Source: Escherichia coli
GTDB taxonomy: Bacteria > Pseudomonadota > Gammaproteobacteria > Enterobacterales > Enterobacteriaceae
DNA: 64,000 bases
Direction: 5' to 3' (one strand)
Assembly (NCBI RefSeq): GCF_003991155.1
Contig: NZ_CP031293.1
The translations under genes and the position numbers were made by a program. Shown here piece by piece: positions 22,748 through 32,116 of this stretch. Every line of letters begins with the position of its first letter. Positions within the stretch are counted from its first letter, which is position 1. Below the pieces are notes generated by a model. The model ran no database searches. It saw nothing but the letters and a program-made list of their open reading frames with translations, and was not told where the DNA came from.

Positions 22748-23980
22748 ATGGCAAAGGTATCGCTGGAGAAAGACAAGATTAAGTTTCTGCTGGTAGAAGG
22801 CGTGCACCAAAAGGCGCTGGAAAGCCTTCGTGCAGCTGGTTACACCAACATCGAATTTCACAAAGGCGCGCTGGATGATGAACAATTAAAAGAATCCATC
22901 CGCGATGCCCACTTCATCGGCCTGCGATCCCGTACCCATCTGACTGAAGACGTGATCAACGCCGCAGAAAAACTGGTCGCTATTGGCTGTTTCTGTATAG
23001 GAACAAACCAGGTTGATCTGGATGCGGCGGCAAAGCGCGGGATCCCGGTATTTAACGCACCGTTCTCAAATACGCGCTCTGTTGCGGAGCTGGTGATTGG
23101 CGAACTGCTGCTGCTATTGCGCGGCGTGCCGGAAGCCAATGCTAAAGCGCATCGTGGCGTGTGGAACAAACTGGCGGCGGGTTCTTTTGAAGCGCGCGGC
23201 AAAAAGCTGGGTATCATCGGCTACGGTCATATTGGTACGCAATTGGGCATTCTGGCTGAATCGCTGGGAATGTATGTTTACTTTTATGATATTGAAAACA
23301 AACTGCCGCTGGGCAACGCCACTCAGGTACAGCATCTTTCTGACCTGCTGAATATGAGCGATGTGGTGAGTCTGCATGTACCAGAGAATCCGTCCACCAA
23401 AAATATGATGGGCGCGAAAGAGATTTCGCTAATGAAACCCGGCTCGCTGCTGATTAATGCTTCGCGCGGTACTGTGGTGGATATTCCAGCGCTGTGTGAC
23501 GCGCTGGCGAGCAAACATCTGGCAGGGGCGGCAATCGACGTATTCCCGACGGAACCGGCGACCAATAGCGATCCATTTACCTCTCCGCTGTGTGAATTCG
23601 ACAATGTCCTTCTGACGCCACACATTGGTGGTTCGACTCAGGAAGCGCAGGAGAATATCGGTCTGGAAGTTGCGGGTAAATTGATCAAGTATTCTGATAA
23701 TGGTTCAACGCTCTCTGCGGTGAACTTCCCGGAAGTCTCGCTGCCACTGCACGGTGGTCGTCGTCTGATGCACATCCACGAAAACCGTCCGGGTGTGCTG
23801 ACTGCGCTCAACAAAATTTTTGCCGAGCAGGGCGTCAACATCGCCGCGCAATATCTGCAAACTTCCGCCCAGATGGGTTATGTAGTTATTGATATTGAAG
23901 CCGACGAAGACGTTGCCGAAAAAGCGCTGCAGGCAATGAAAGCTATTCCGGGTACCATTCGCGCCCGTCTGCTGTACTAA
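22748..23980 (+). CDS. serA: D-3-phosphoglycerate dehydrogenase, 410 aa
   Basis: ORF 22748..23980; matches recalled SerA including the C-terminal ACT domain. Confidence 0.95.
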   Translation: MAKVSLEKDKIKFLLVEGVHQKALESLRAAGYTNIEFHKGALDDEQLKESIRDAHFIGLRSRTHLTEDVINAAEKLVAIGCFCIGTNQVDLDAAAKRGIPVFNAPFSNTRSVAELVIGELLLLLRGVPEANAKAHRGVWNKLAAGSFEARGKKLGIIGYGHIGTQLGILAESLGMYVYFYDIENKLPLGNATQVQHLSDLLNMSDVVSLHVPENPSTKNMMGAKEISLMKPGSLLINASRGTVVDIPALCDALASKHLAGAAIDVFPTEPATNSDPFTSPLCEFDNVLLTPHIGGSTQEAQENIGLEVAGKLIKYSDNGSTLSAVNFPEVSLPLHGGRRLMHIHENRPGVLTALNKIFAEQGVNIAAQYLQTSAQMGYVVIDIEADEDVAEKALQAMKAIPGTIRARLLY

Positions 23981-23999
23981 ATCCCCTTCTCTGAAAATC

Positions 24000-24032
24000 A
24001 ACGGGCAGGTCACTGACTTGCCCGTTTTTTTA
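24000..24032 (+). terminator. Intrinsic terminator after serA
   Basis: acgggcaggtcactgacttgcccg hairpin followed by a T7 run. Confidence 0.75.
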
Positions 24033-24164
24033 TCCCTTCTCCACACCGTTGCCGCATTGCGCATTCTACTTTGCGAGTCTGCTCCAGAAAATAAATCAAA
24101 GTCAGATCAATGCGTTGTGTTTATTTAATGGGGATTTACGATGGCAGGGCAGCATGGGGCTGTA

Positions 24165-24310
24165 ACGGTAAAGCCCTCACCGAAGCGAGGGCTTGAAGGA
24201 GAAGGGTTATGATGCGACTTGTCATCATACTGATTGTACTGTTACTCATAAGTTTCCCAGCTTATTAACAGTCAGTCTCAGGGGAGGAGTCATCCTCCCT
24301 TACCCTTACT
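24165..24310 (-). ncRNA. sibC: Sib-family antisense RNA antitoxin covering ibsC; ends approximate
   Basis: Inferred from the Ibs ORF on the opposite strand and flanking hairpins (24168-24189 and 24282-24299); boundaries not determinable from sequence alone. Confidence 0.45.
24209..24268 (+). CDS. ibsC: Type I toxin small hydrophobic peptide, Ibs family, 19 aa
   Basis: atgatgcgacttgtcatcatactgattgtactgttactcataagtttcccagcttattaa encodes MMRLVIILIVLLLISFPAY; not in the supplied ORF track (too short); sits in the serA-fau intergenic region where K-12 carries sibC/ibsC (recall). Confidence 0.7.
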   Translation: MMRLVIILIVLLLISFPAY

Positions 24311-24368
24311 CACTAAATTAGGTTAAAGAATCAACGATGTCAATCAGGGCGATGCAGGTGTGTCGCCC

Positions 24369-24917
24369 TCACCACTCCCAGACTTTCGACGGTGTAACCA
24401 CCGCAGGAAGAGGGATATCCCACTCTTCAACGGGGAGTTTTTCCACCAACTGACAATCATGCGCATAACCCACCGGTTGCATTTTATAGTGCTGCCAGTT
24501 TTGTAAGGTCCGATCATAAAAACCACCGCCCATTCCCAGGCGCTGACCGTACTCATCAAAGGCGACCAGCGGTGTGATCAACACGTCTAATCGGGAAAGG
24601 GGTAGCACGTCACGCACATCCAGTTTTGGCTCATGGATCTTCAACCTGTTCATCACCAGTTCGCTTTGCGGATGGTAGTTCAGGAACAGCAAATTACCGG
24701 CACTAAAGGGATGCAAAACTGGAAGATATACGCGCTTACCGGCGCGCCAGAGTTGTTCTATGAGTGGCTGGGTGTCGAGTTCGCCATCAAAAGAGAGGAA
24801 TACAGCGACCATATGTGCCATCACCACCGGAGGATAAGTCATCATCCGGGTAGCGGCTTGTTGACCCATTTCCTGCTGTTGTTCCGGCGTTAACGCACGA
24901 CGACGTTGCCGAATCAT
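24369..24917 (-). CDS. fau: 5-formyltetrahydrofolate cyclo-ligase, ~182 aa
   Basis: ORF 24369..25115 trimmed to MIRQRRRALTPEQQ; an upstream Met (start 24971) is an alternative; the long ORF form would overlap ssrS. Confidence 0.85.
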   Translation of the reverse strand: MIRQRRRALTPEQQQEMGQQAATRMMTYPPVVMAHMVAVFLSFDGELDTQPLIEQLWRAGKRVYLPVLHPFSAGNLLFLNYHPQSELVMNRLKIHEPKLDVRDVLPLSRLDVLITPLVAFDEYGQRLGMGGGFYDRTLQNWQHYKMQPVGYAHDCQLVEKLPVEEWDIPLPAVVTPSKVWEW

Positions 24918-24989
24918 TTTGCGGATTTCTTGTCGGGATAATGTCAGTGGAAGTTCTGGTAGTTGCGTCATGGCTGGTGCCAGATAAGA

Positions 24990-25175
24990 AGGGAATCTCC
25001 GAGATGCCGCCGCAGGCTGTAACCCTTGAACCCTTGGTTCAAGGTGAATGTGTCGTCGCAGTTTTAAGGCTTCTCGGACGGACCGAGCATGCTCACCAAC
25101 CGCGGAGCGCCACATTCTTGTGGTATGAAATATCGGCTCAGGGGACTGGCCCGCTTGCGAACATCTCAGAGAAAT
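24990..25175 (-). ncRNA. ssrS: 6S RNA
   Basis: Minus strand reads atttctctgagatgttcgcaagcgggccagtcccctgagccgatatttcatacc...ggcatctcggagattccct, matching the E. coli 6S RNA sequence as I recall it. Confidence 0.92.
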
Positions 25176-25228
25176 TTTGTCTTCACGGTTACTCTACCAC
25201 AGTAAACCGAAAAGTGTCATTCAAAGTT

Positions 25229-25612
<384 letters not shown>

Positions 25613-25713
25613 CTATAGCTACCCTGATGAGAAGAGACAAGCCCTTTTCTGGTCCACCAGGGCCCAAAGTGGTAGCATATCATGAATATTCCTCCCTTTG
25701 ACGACGAATGCTT

Positions 25714-26292
25714 ATGTCTATACAGAACGAAATGCCTGGTTACAACGAAATGAACCAGTATCTGAACCAACAAGGGACGGGTCTGACCCCTGCTGAGATG
25801 CATGGTTTAATCAGTGGGATGATATGTGGCGGTAACGATGACAGCTCATGGCTGCCGCTACTTCACGACCTGACGAACGAAGGCATGGCTTTCGGTCATG
25901 AGCTGGCACAGGCACTGCGCAAAATGCACTCTGCCACCAGCGATGCCCTGCAGGATGACGGCTTCCTTTTTCAGCTTTATCTGCCTGATGGCGATGATGT
26001 CAGCGTTTTCGATCGGGCTGATGCGCTGGCTGGTTGGGTCAATCACTTCCTGCTTGGTATTGGCGTTACGCAACCGAAGCTGGACAAAGTGACCGGCGAA
26101 ACCGGTGAAGCCATCGACGATCTGCGTAACATCGCGCAGTTGGGTTACGACGAAGACGAAGATCAGGAAGAGCTTGAAATGTCGCTTGAAGAGATCATCG
26201 AGTACGTCCGTGTTGCCGCGCTGTTATGCCACGACACCTTTACTCATCCGCAACCGACCGCGCCAGAAGTACAAAAACCGACTCTACACTAA
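25714..26292 (+). CDS. ygfB: UPF0149-family protein YgfB, ~192 aa
   Basis: ORF 25708..26292 trimmed to [21 protein letters not shown]. Confidence 0.88.
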   Translation: MSIQNEMPGYNEMNQYLNQQGTGLTPAEMHGLISGMICGGNDDSSWLPLLHDLTNEGMAFGHELAQALRKMHSATSDALQDDGFLFQLYLPDGDDVSVFDRADALAGWVNHFLLGIGVTQPKLDKVTGETGEAIDDLRNIAQLGYDEDEDQEELEMSLEEIIEYVRVAALLCHDTFTHPQPTAPEVQKPTLH

Positions 26293-26317
26293 AAACAAAA
26301 AACGTAAGGAGAGTGTT

Positions 26318-27643
26318 ATGAGTGATATATCCCGGCAAGAATTTCAGCGTCGCCGTCAGGCCCTGGTAGAGCAAATGCAACCCGGCAGCGCCGCGCTGAT
26401 TTTTGCTGCACCAGAAGTAACACGTAGCGCCGACAGCGAATACCCCTATCGTCAGAACAGTGACTTCTGGTACTTCACCGGCTTTAACGAACCGGAAGCG
26501 GTGCTGGTGCTGATTAAAAGCGATGACACTCATAACCACAGCGTTTTGTTTAACCGCGTTCGCGACCTGACGGCAGAGATCTGGTTTGGTCGTCGCTTAG
26601 GCCAGGATGCCGCGCCAGAGAAACTGGGCGTTGACCGCGCACTGGCATTCAGCGAAATCAATCAGCAACTTTATCAACTACTTAATGGTCTGGATGTGGT
26701 TTACCACGCTCAGGGCGAATATGCATATGCTGATGAAATCGTGAACAGCGCGCTTGAGAAACTGCGTAAAGGTTCGCGGCAAAATCTCACCGCACCGGCA
26801 ACGATGATCGACTGGCGTCCTGTTGTTCATGAAATGCGCCTGTTCAAATCACCAGAAGAGATTGCCGTACTTCGCCGCGCGGGTGAAATCACCGCACTGG
26901 CGCATACACGGGCGATGGAAAAATGCCGTCCGGGGATGTTCGAGTACCATCTGGAAGGCGAAATTCACCACGAATTTAACCGCCACGGTGCGCGTTACCC
27001 TTCCTATAACACCATTGTTGGCAGCGGTGAAAACGGCTGCATTTTGCACTACACCGAAAACGAGTGTGAACTGCGTGACGGTGACCTGGTGTTGATTGAC
27101 GCGGGTTGTGAATACAAAGGTTACGCTGGCGACATTACCCGCACCTTCCCGGTCAACGGCAAATTCACTCAGGCTCAGCGTGAAATCTATGACATTGTGC
27201 TGGAGTCTCTTGAAACCAGCCTGCGCCTGTATCGTCCGGGAACTTCCATTCAGGAAGTCACTGGTGAAGTGGTGCGCATCATGGTTAGCGGTCTGGTAAA
27301 ACTCGGCATCCTGAAAGGTGAAGTTGATGAACTGATCGCTCAGAACGCCCATCGTCCTTTCTTTATGCATGGCCTTAGCCACTGGTTAGGACTGGATGTT
27401 CATGACGTTGGTGTTTATGGTCAGGATCGCTCGCGTATTCTGGAACCGGGTATGGTTCTGACCGTAGAACCAGGGCTGTATATTGCGCCGGATGCAGAAG
27501 TGCCAGAACAGTATCGCGGTATCGGCATTCGTATTGAAGACGATATTGTGATTACCGAAACCGGTAATGAAAACCTCACCGCCAGCGTGGTGAAAAAGCC
27601 GGAAGAAATCGAAGCGTTGATGGCAGCTGCGAGAAAGCAATGA
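26318..27643 (+). CDS. pepP: Xaa-Pro aminopeptidase (aminopeptidase P II), 441 aa
   Basis: ORF 26105..27643 trimmed to MSDISRQEFQRRRQALVEQM; stop overlaps the ubiH start. Confidence 0.93.
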   Translation: MSDISRQEFQRRRQALVEQMQPGSAALIFAAPEVTRSADSEYPYRQNSDFWYFTGFNEPEAVLVLIKSDDTHNHSVLFNRVRDLTAEIWFGRRLGQDAAPEKLGVDRALAFSEINQQLYQLLNGLDVVYHAQGEYAYADEIVNSALEKLRKGSRQNLTAPATMIDWRPVVHEMRLFKSPEEIAVLRRAGEITALAHTRAMEKCRPGMFEYHLEGEIHHEFNRHGARYPSYNTIVGSGENGCILHYTENECELRDGDLVLIDAGCEYKGYAGDITRTFPVNGKFTQAQREIYDIVLESLETSLRLYRPGTSIQEVTGEVVRIMVSGLVKLGILKGEVDELIAQNAHRPFFMHGLSHWLGLDVHDVGVYGQDRSRILEPGMVLTVEPGLYIAPDAEVPEQYRGIGIRIEDDIVITETGNENLTASVVKKPEEIEALMAAARKQ

Positions 27644-28818
27644 GCGTAATCATCGTCGGTGGCGGCATGGCGGGCGCGACGCTGGCGCTGGCTATTTCCC
27701 GGTTAAGTCACGGGGCGCTGCCAGTACATTTGATTGAAGCGACCGCGCCAGAGTCACATGCGCATCCGGGCTTTGATGGACGAGCTATTGCGCTGGCGGC
27801 GGGTACCTGTCAGCAACTGGCGCGCATCGGCGTCTGGCAATCTCTGGCTGATTGCGCAACTGCCATCACCACAGTGCATGTCAGCGATCGTGGTCACGCT
27901 GGATTTGTCACCCTCGCCGCAGAAGATTACCAACTGGCGGCGCTGGGGCAGGTTGTCGAATTGCACAATGTCGGGCAACGGCTGTTTGCATTGCTGCGCA
28001 AAGCACCTGGCGTAACGCTGCATTGCCCTGATCGCGTGGCTAACGTTGCCCGTACTCAGAGCCTCGTTGAAGTGACGCTGGAGAGTGGCGAGACGCTGAC
28101 GGGCCGCGTGCTGGTAGCCGCTGATGGCACCCATTCAGCGTTAGCCACCGTGTGCGGCGTTGACTGGCAGCAGGAGCCTTACGAACAACTGGCTGTGATT
28201 GCCAACGTTGCGACTTCCGTTGCGCATGAAGGGCGCGCTTTTGAACGCTTTACACAATATGGCCCGCTGGCGATGTTGCCGATGTCTGACGGACGCTGTT
28301 CGCTGGTCTGGTGTCATCCACTGGAACGGCGCGAAGAGGTGCTGTCGTGGAATGACGAGAAGTTTTGCCGTGAACTCCAGTCGGCCTTTGGCTGGCGACT
28401 TGGGAAAATTACTCACGCCGGTAAGCGCAGTGCTTATCCGCTGGCGTTAACCCGCGCCGCCAGACCTATTACCCATCGTACCGTGCTGGTGGGCAATGCG
28501 GCGCAAACTCTGCACCCCATCGCCGGGCAAGGATTTAACCTCGGTATGCGTGATGTGATGAGCCTTGCAGAAACCCTGACTCAGGCGCAGGAGCGCGGAG
28601 AAGACATGGGTGATTACGGCGTATTGTGCCGTTATCAGCAGCGTCGACAGAGCGATCGCGAAGCAACCATCGGCGTCACGGACAGCCTTGTACATCTTTT
28701 TGCCAACCGTTGGACGCCGCTGGTTGTCGGGCGCAACATCGGGCTGATGACGATGGAATTATTTACCCCGGCACGCGATGTGCTGGCGCAGCGCACTCTT
28801 GGTTGGGTGGCGCGTTGA
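27640..28818 (+). CDS. ubiH: 2-octaprenyl-6-methoxyphenol hydroxylase, 392 aa
   Basis: ORF 27640..28818; FAD-binding GGGMAG N-terminus. Confidence 0.92.
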   Translation: MSVIIVGGGMAGATLALAISRLSHGALPVHLIEATAPESHAHPGFDGRAIALAAGTCQQLARIGVWQSLADCATAITTVHVSDRGHAGFVTLAAEDYQLAALGQVVELHNVGQRLFALLRKAPGVTLHCPDRVANVARTQSLVEVTLESGETLTGRVLVAADGTHSALATVCGVDWQQEPYEQLAVIANVATSVAHEGRAFERFTQYGPLAMLPMSDGRCSLVWCHPLERREEVLSWNDEKFCRELQSAFGWRLGKITHAGKRSAYPLALTRAARPITHRTVLVGNAAQTLHPIAGQGFNLGMRDVMSLAETLTQAQERGEDMGDYGVLCRYQQRRQSDREATIGVTDSLVHLFANRWTPLVVGRNIGLMTMELFTPARDVLAQRTLGWVAR

Positions 28819-28840
28819 AGGCGGTTTTAAGGAATAAACA

Positions 28841-30043
28841 ATGCAAAGTGTTGATGTAGCCATTGTTGGCGGCGGCATGGTCGGGCTGGCGGTTGCCTGC
28901 GGATTACAGGGTAGCGGCTTACGCGTTGCCGTACTGGAGCAGCGCGTACCGGAACCTCTGGCGGCGGATGCACCACCACAACTGCGCGTTTCGGCTATCA
29001 ATGCCGCCAGCGAAAAATTACTCACCCGTCTTGGCGTCTGGCAGGACATTCTCTCTCGTAGGGCCTGTTGCTATCACGGTATGGAAGTGTGGGATAAAGA
29101 CAGTTTTGGTCACATCTCGTTTGACGATCAAAGCATGGGCTATAGCCATCTTGGGCATATCGTTGAAAACTCAGTGATTCACTACGCGCTGTGGAACAAA
29201 GCGCAGCAGTCGTCAGATATCACTCTGTTGGCCCCCGCAGAATTACAGCAGGTCGCCTGGGGAGAAAATGAAACCTTCCTGACGTTGAAAGATGGCAGCA
29301 TGTTAACGGCGCGTCTGGTGATTGGCGCAGACGGCGCTAATTCCTGGTTGCGCAACAAAGCCGATATTCCGCTGACTTTCTGGGATTATCAGCATCACGC
29401 GCTGGTGGCGACCATTCGCACGGAAGAACCGCATGATGCGGTGGCGCGGCAGGTTTTCCATGGCGAAGGCATTCTGGCCTTTTTACCGCTTAGCGATCCG
29501 TATCTTTGCTCGATTGTCTGGTCACTGTCGCCAGAGGAAGCGCTGCGGATGCAGCAGGCTAGTGAAGACGAATTTAATCGCGCGTTAAATATCGCTTTTG
29601 ATAATCGCCTGGGCTTATGCAAGGTTGAAAGTGAGCGCCTGGTGTTCCCGCTAACGGGGCGTTATGCGCGCCAGTTTGCCGCGCACCGTCTGGCGCTGGT
29701 GGGCGACGCCGCGCATACCATTCACCCGTTGGCGGGGCAGGGGGTAAATCTCGGCTTTATGGATGCTGCAGAGCTGATTGCTGAACTGAAACGGTTGCAT
29801 CGTCAGGGTAAAGACATCGGGCAGTACATTTACCTGCGTCGCTATGAGCGTAGCCGCAAGCACAGCGCGGCGCTGATGCTGGCTGGTATGCAGGGATTCC
29901 GCGATCTGTTTTCCGGGGCTAATCCGGCGAAAAAATTGCTGCGTGATATTGGTCTGAAACTGGCTGATACGCTTCCTGGCGTTAAGCCACAACTTATTCG
30001 TCAGGCAATGGGATTAAACGATTTGCCTGAATGGCTGCGTTAA
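28841..30043 (+). CDS. ubiI: 2-octaprenylphenol hydroxylase (VisC), 400 aa
   Basis: ORF 28841..30043; FAD monooxygenase paralog of UbiH (MQSVDVAIVGGGMVGLA). Confidence 0.92.
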   Translation: MQSVDVAIVGGGMVGLAVACGLQGSGLRVAVLEQRVPEPLAADAPPQLRVSAINAASEKLLTRLGVWQDILSRRACCYHGMEVWDKDSFGHISFDDQSMGYSHLGHIVENSVIHYALWNKAQQSSDITLLAPAELQQVAWGENETFLTLKDGSMLTARLVIGADGANSWLRNKADIPLTFWDYQHHALVATIRTEEPHDAVARQVFHGEGILAFLPLSDPYLCSIVWSLSPEEALRMQQASEDEFNRALNIAFDNRLGLCKVESERLVFPLTGRYARQFAAHRLALVGDAAHTIHPLAGQGVNLGFMDAAELIAELKRLHRQGKDIGQYIYLRRYERSRKHSAALMLAGMQGFRDLFSGANPAKKLLRDIGLKLADTLPGVKPQLIRQAMGLNDLPEWLR

Positions 30044-30490
30044 ATATTTCTCTTCTGCTGTTTATTTGATACCCATCACACTTTCATCTCCCGGTTTTTT
30101 CGCCGGGAGATTTTCCTCATTTGAAATAAACTAATTTCACCTGCGATTTCGCATTATATTTTCTAATGCCACGAATTTTTGATTTAGTGTTTTTTGACAT
30201 TTTTTTAGTTCTTAATGTTGTCTTATTCAAATTAACTTTCTCATCTATTTATCTTTATATAGAGATTTGTTCATTTTTTGGTTTTTTATTCTGTTACGAT
30301 TTTGGCGTTTTTTAACCATAAGCTAATGTGATGATCAATTTTACCTTATGGTTAACAGTCTGTTTCGGTGGTAAGTTCAGGCAAAAGAGAACGATTGCGT
30401 TGGGGACCGGGAGTGGCTCCGATGCTGGGTTTCGTGGTGATAATTTCGCCATGGAAAAGTTGTCAGCCCCGCTTATTCAATGAGGACAAG
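30044..30490 (+). promoter_or_regulatory. gcvTHP promoter/regulatory region
   Basis: 447-bp strongly AT-rich intergenic region upstream of gcvT; this region is known to carry the gcv promoter and GcvA/Lrp sites in E. coli; individual sites not mapped here. Confidence 0.5.
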
Positions 30491-31585
30491 ATGGCACAAC
30501 AGACTCCTTTGTACGAACAACACACGCTTTGCGGCGCTCGCATGGTGGATTTCCACGGCTGGATGATGCCGCTGCATTACGGTTCGCAAATCGACGAACA
30601 TCATGCGGTACGTACCGATGCCGGAATGTTTGATGTGTCACATATGACCATCGTCGATCTTCGCGGCAGCCGCACCCGGGAGTTTTTGCGTTATCTGCTG
30701 GCGAACGATGTGGCGAAACTCACCAAAAGCGGCAAAGCCCTTTACTCGGGGATGTTGAATGCCTCTGGCGGTGTGATAGATGACCTCATCGTCTACTACT
30801 TTACTGAAGATTTCTTCCGCCTCGTTGTTAACTCCGCCACCCGCGAAAAAGACCTCTCCTGGATTACCCAACACGCTGAACCTTTCGGCATCGAAATTAC
30901 CGTTCGTGATGACCTTTCCATGATTGCCGTGCAAGGGCCGAATGCGCAGGCAAAAGCTGCCACACTGTTTAATGACGCTCAGCGTCATGCGGTGGAAGGG
31001 ATGAAACCGTTCTTTGGCGTGCAGGCGGGCGATCTGTTTATTGCCACCACCGGTTACACCGGTGAAGCGGGCTACGAAATTGCGCTGCCCAATGAAAAAG
31101 CGGCCGATTTCTGGCGCGCGCTGGTGGAAGCGGGCGTTAAGCCATGCGGTCTGGGCGCGCGTGACACGCTGCGTCTGGAAGCGGGCATGAATCTTTATGG
31201 TCAGGAGATGGACGAAACCATCTCTCCGTTAGCCGCCAACATGGGCTGGACTATCGCCTGGGAACCGGCAGATCGTGACTTCATCGGTCGTGAAGCCCTG
31301 GAAGTGCAGCGTGAACATGGCACAGAAAAACTGGTTGGTCTGGTGATGACTGAAAAAGGCGTGCTGCGTAATGAACTGCCGGTACGTTTTACTGATGCGC
31401 AGGGCAACCAGCATGAAGGCATTATCACCAGCGGTACTTTCTCCCCGACGCTGGGTTACAGCATTGCGCTGGCGCGTGTGCCGGAAGGTATTGGTGAAAC
31501 GGCGATTGTGCAAATTCGCAACCGTGAAATGCCGGTTAAAGTGACGAAACCTGTTTTTGTGCGTAACGGTAAAGCCGTCGCGTGA
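30491..31585 (+). CDS. gcvT: Glycine cleavage system T protein (aminomethyltransferase), 364 aa
   Basis: ORF 30368..31585 trimmed to [33 protein letters not shown]. Confidence 0.95.
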
Positions 31586-31608
31586 TTTACTTTTTTGGAG
31601 ATTGATTG

Positions 31609-31998
31609 ATGAGCAACGTACCAGCAGAACTGAAATACAGCAAAGAACACGAATGGCTGCGTAAAGAAGCCGACGGCACTTACACCGTTGGTATCACCGA
31701 ACATGCCCAGGAGCTGTTAGGCGATATGGTGTTTGTTGACCTGCCGGAAGTGGGCGCAACGGTTAGCGCGGGCGATGACTGCGCGGTTGCCGAATCGGTA
31801 AAAGCGGCGTCAGACATTTATGCGCCAGTAAGCGGTGAAATCGTGGCGGTAAACGACGCACTGAGCGATTCCCCGGAACTGGTGAACAGCGAACCGTATG
31901 CAGGCGGCTGGATCTTTAAAATCAAAGCCAGCGATGAAAGCGAACTGGAATCACTGCTGGATGCGACCGCATACGAAGCATTGTTAGAAGACGAGTAA
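31609..31998 (+). CDS. gcvH: Glycine cleavage system H protein (lipoyl carrier), 129 aa
   Basis: ORF 31606..31998 trimmed to [17 protein letters not shown]; lipoyl-lysine motif region ESVKAAS. Confidence 0.95.
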
Positions 31999-32116
31999 CG
32001 GCTTTATTCCTCTTCTGCGGGAGAGGATCAGGGTGAGGAACTTTTACGCCTCACCCTCACTCTCTTCGCAAGGAGAGAGGTTCACAATTCACTGCACGTT
32101 TCAGGAACCATCGCTC

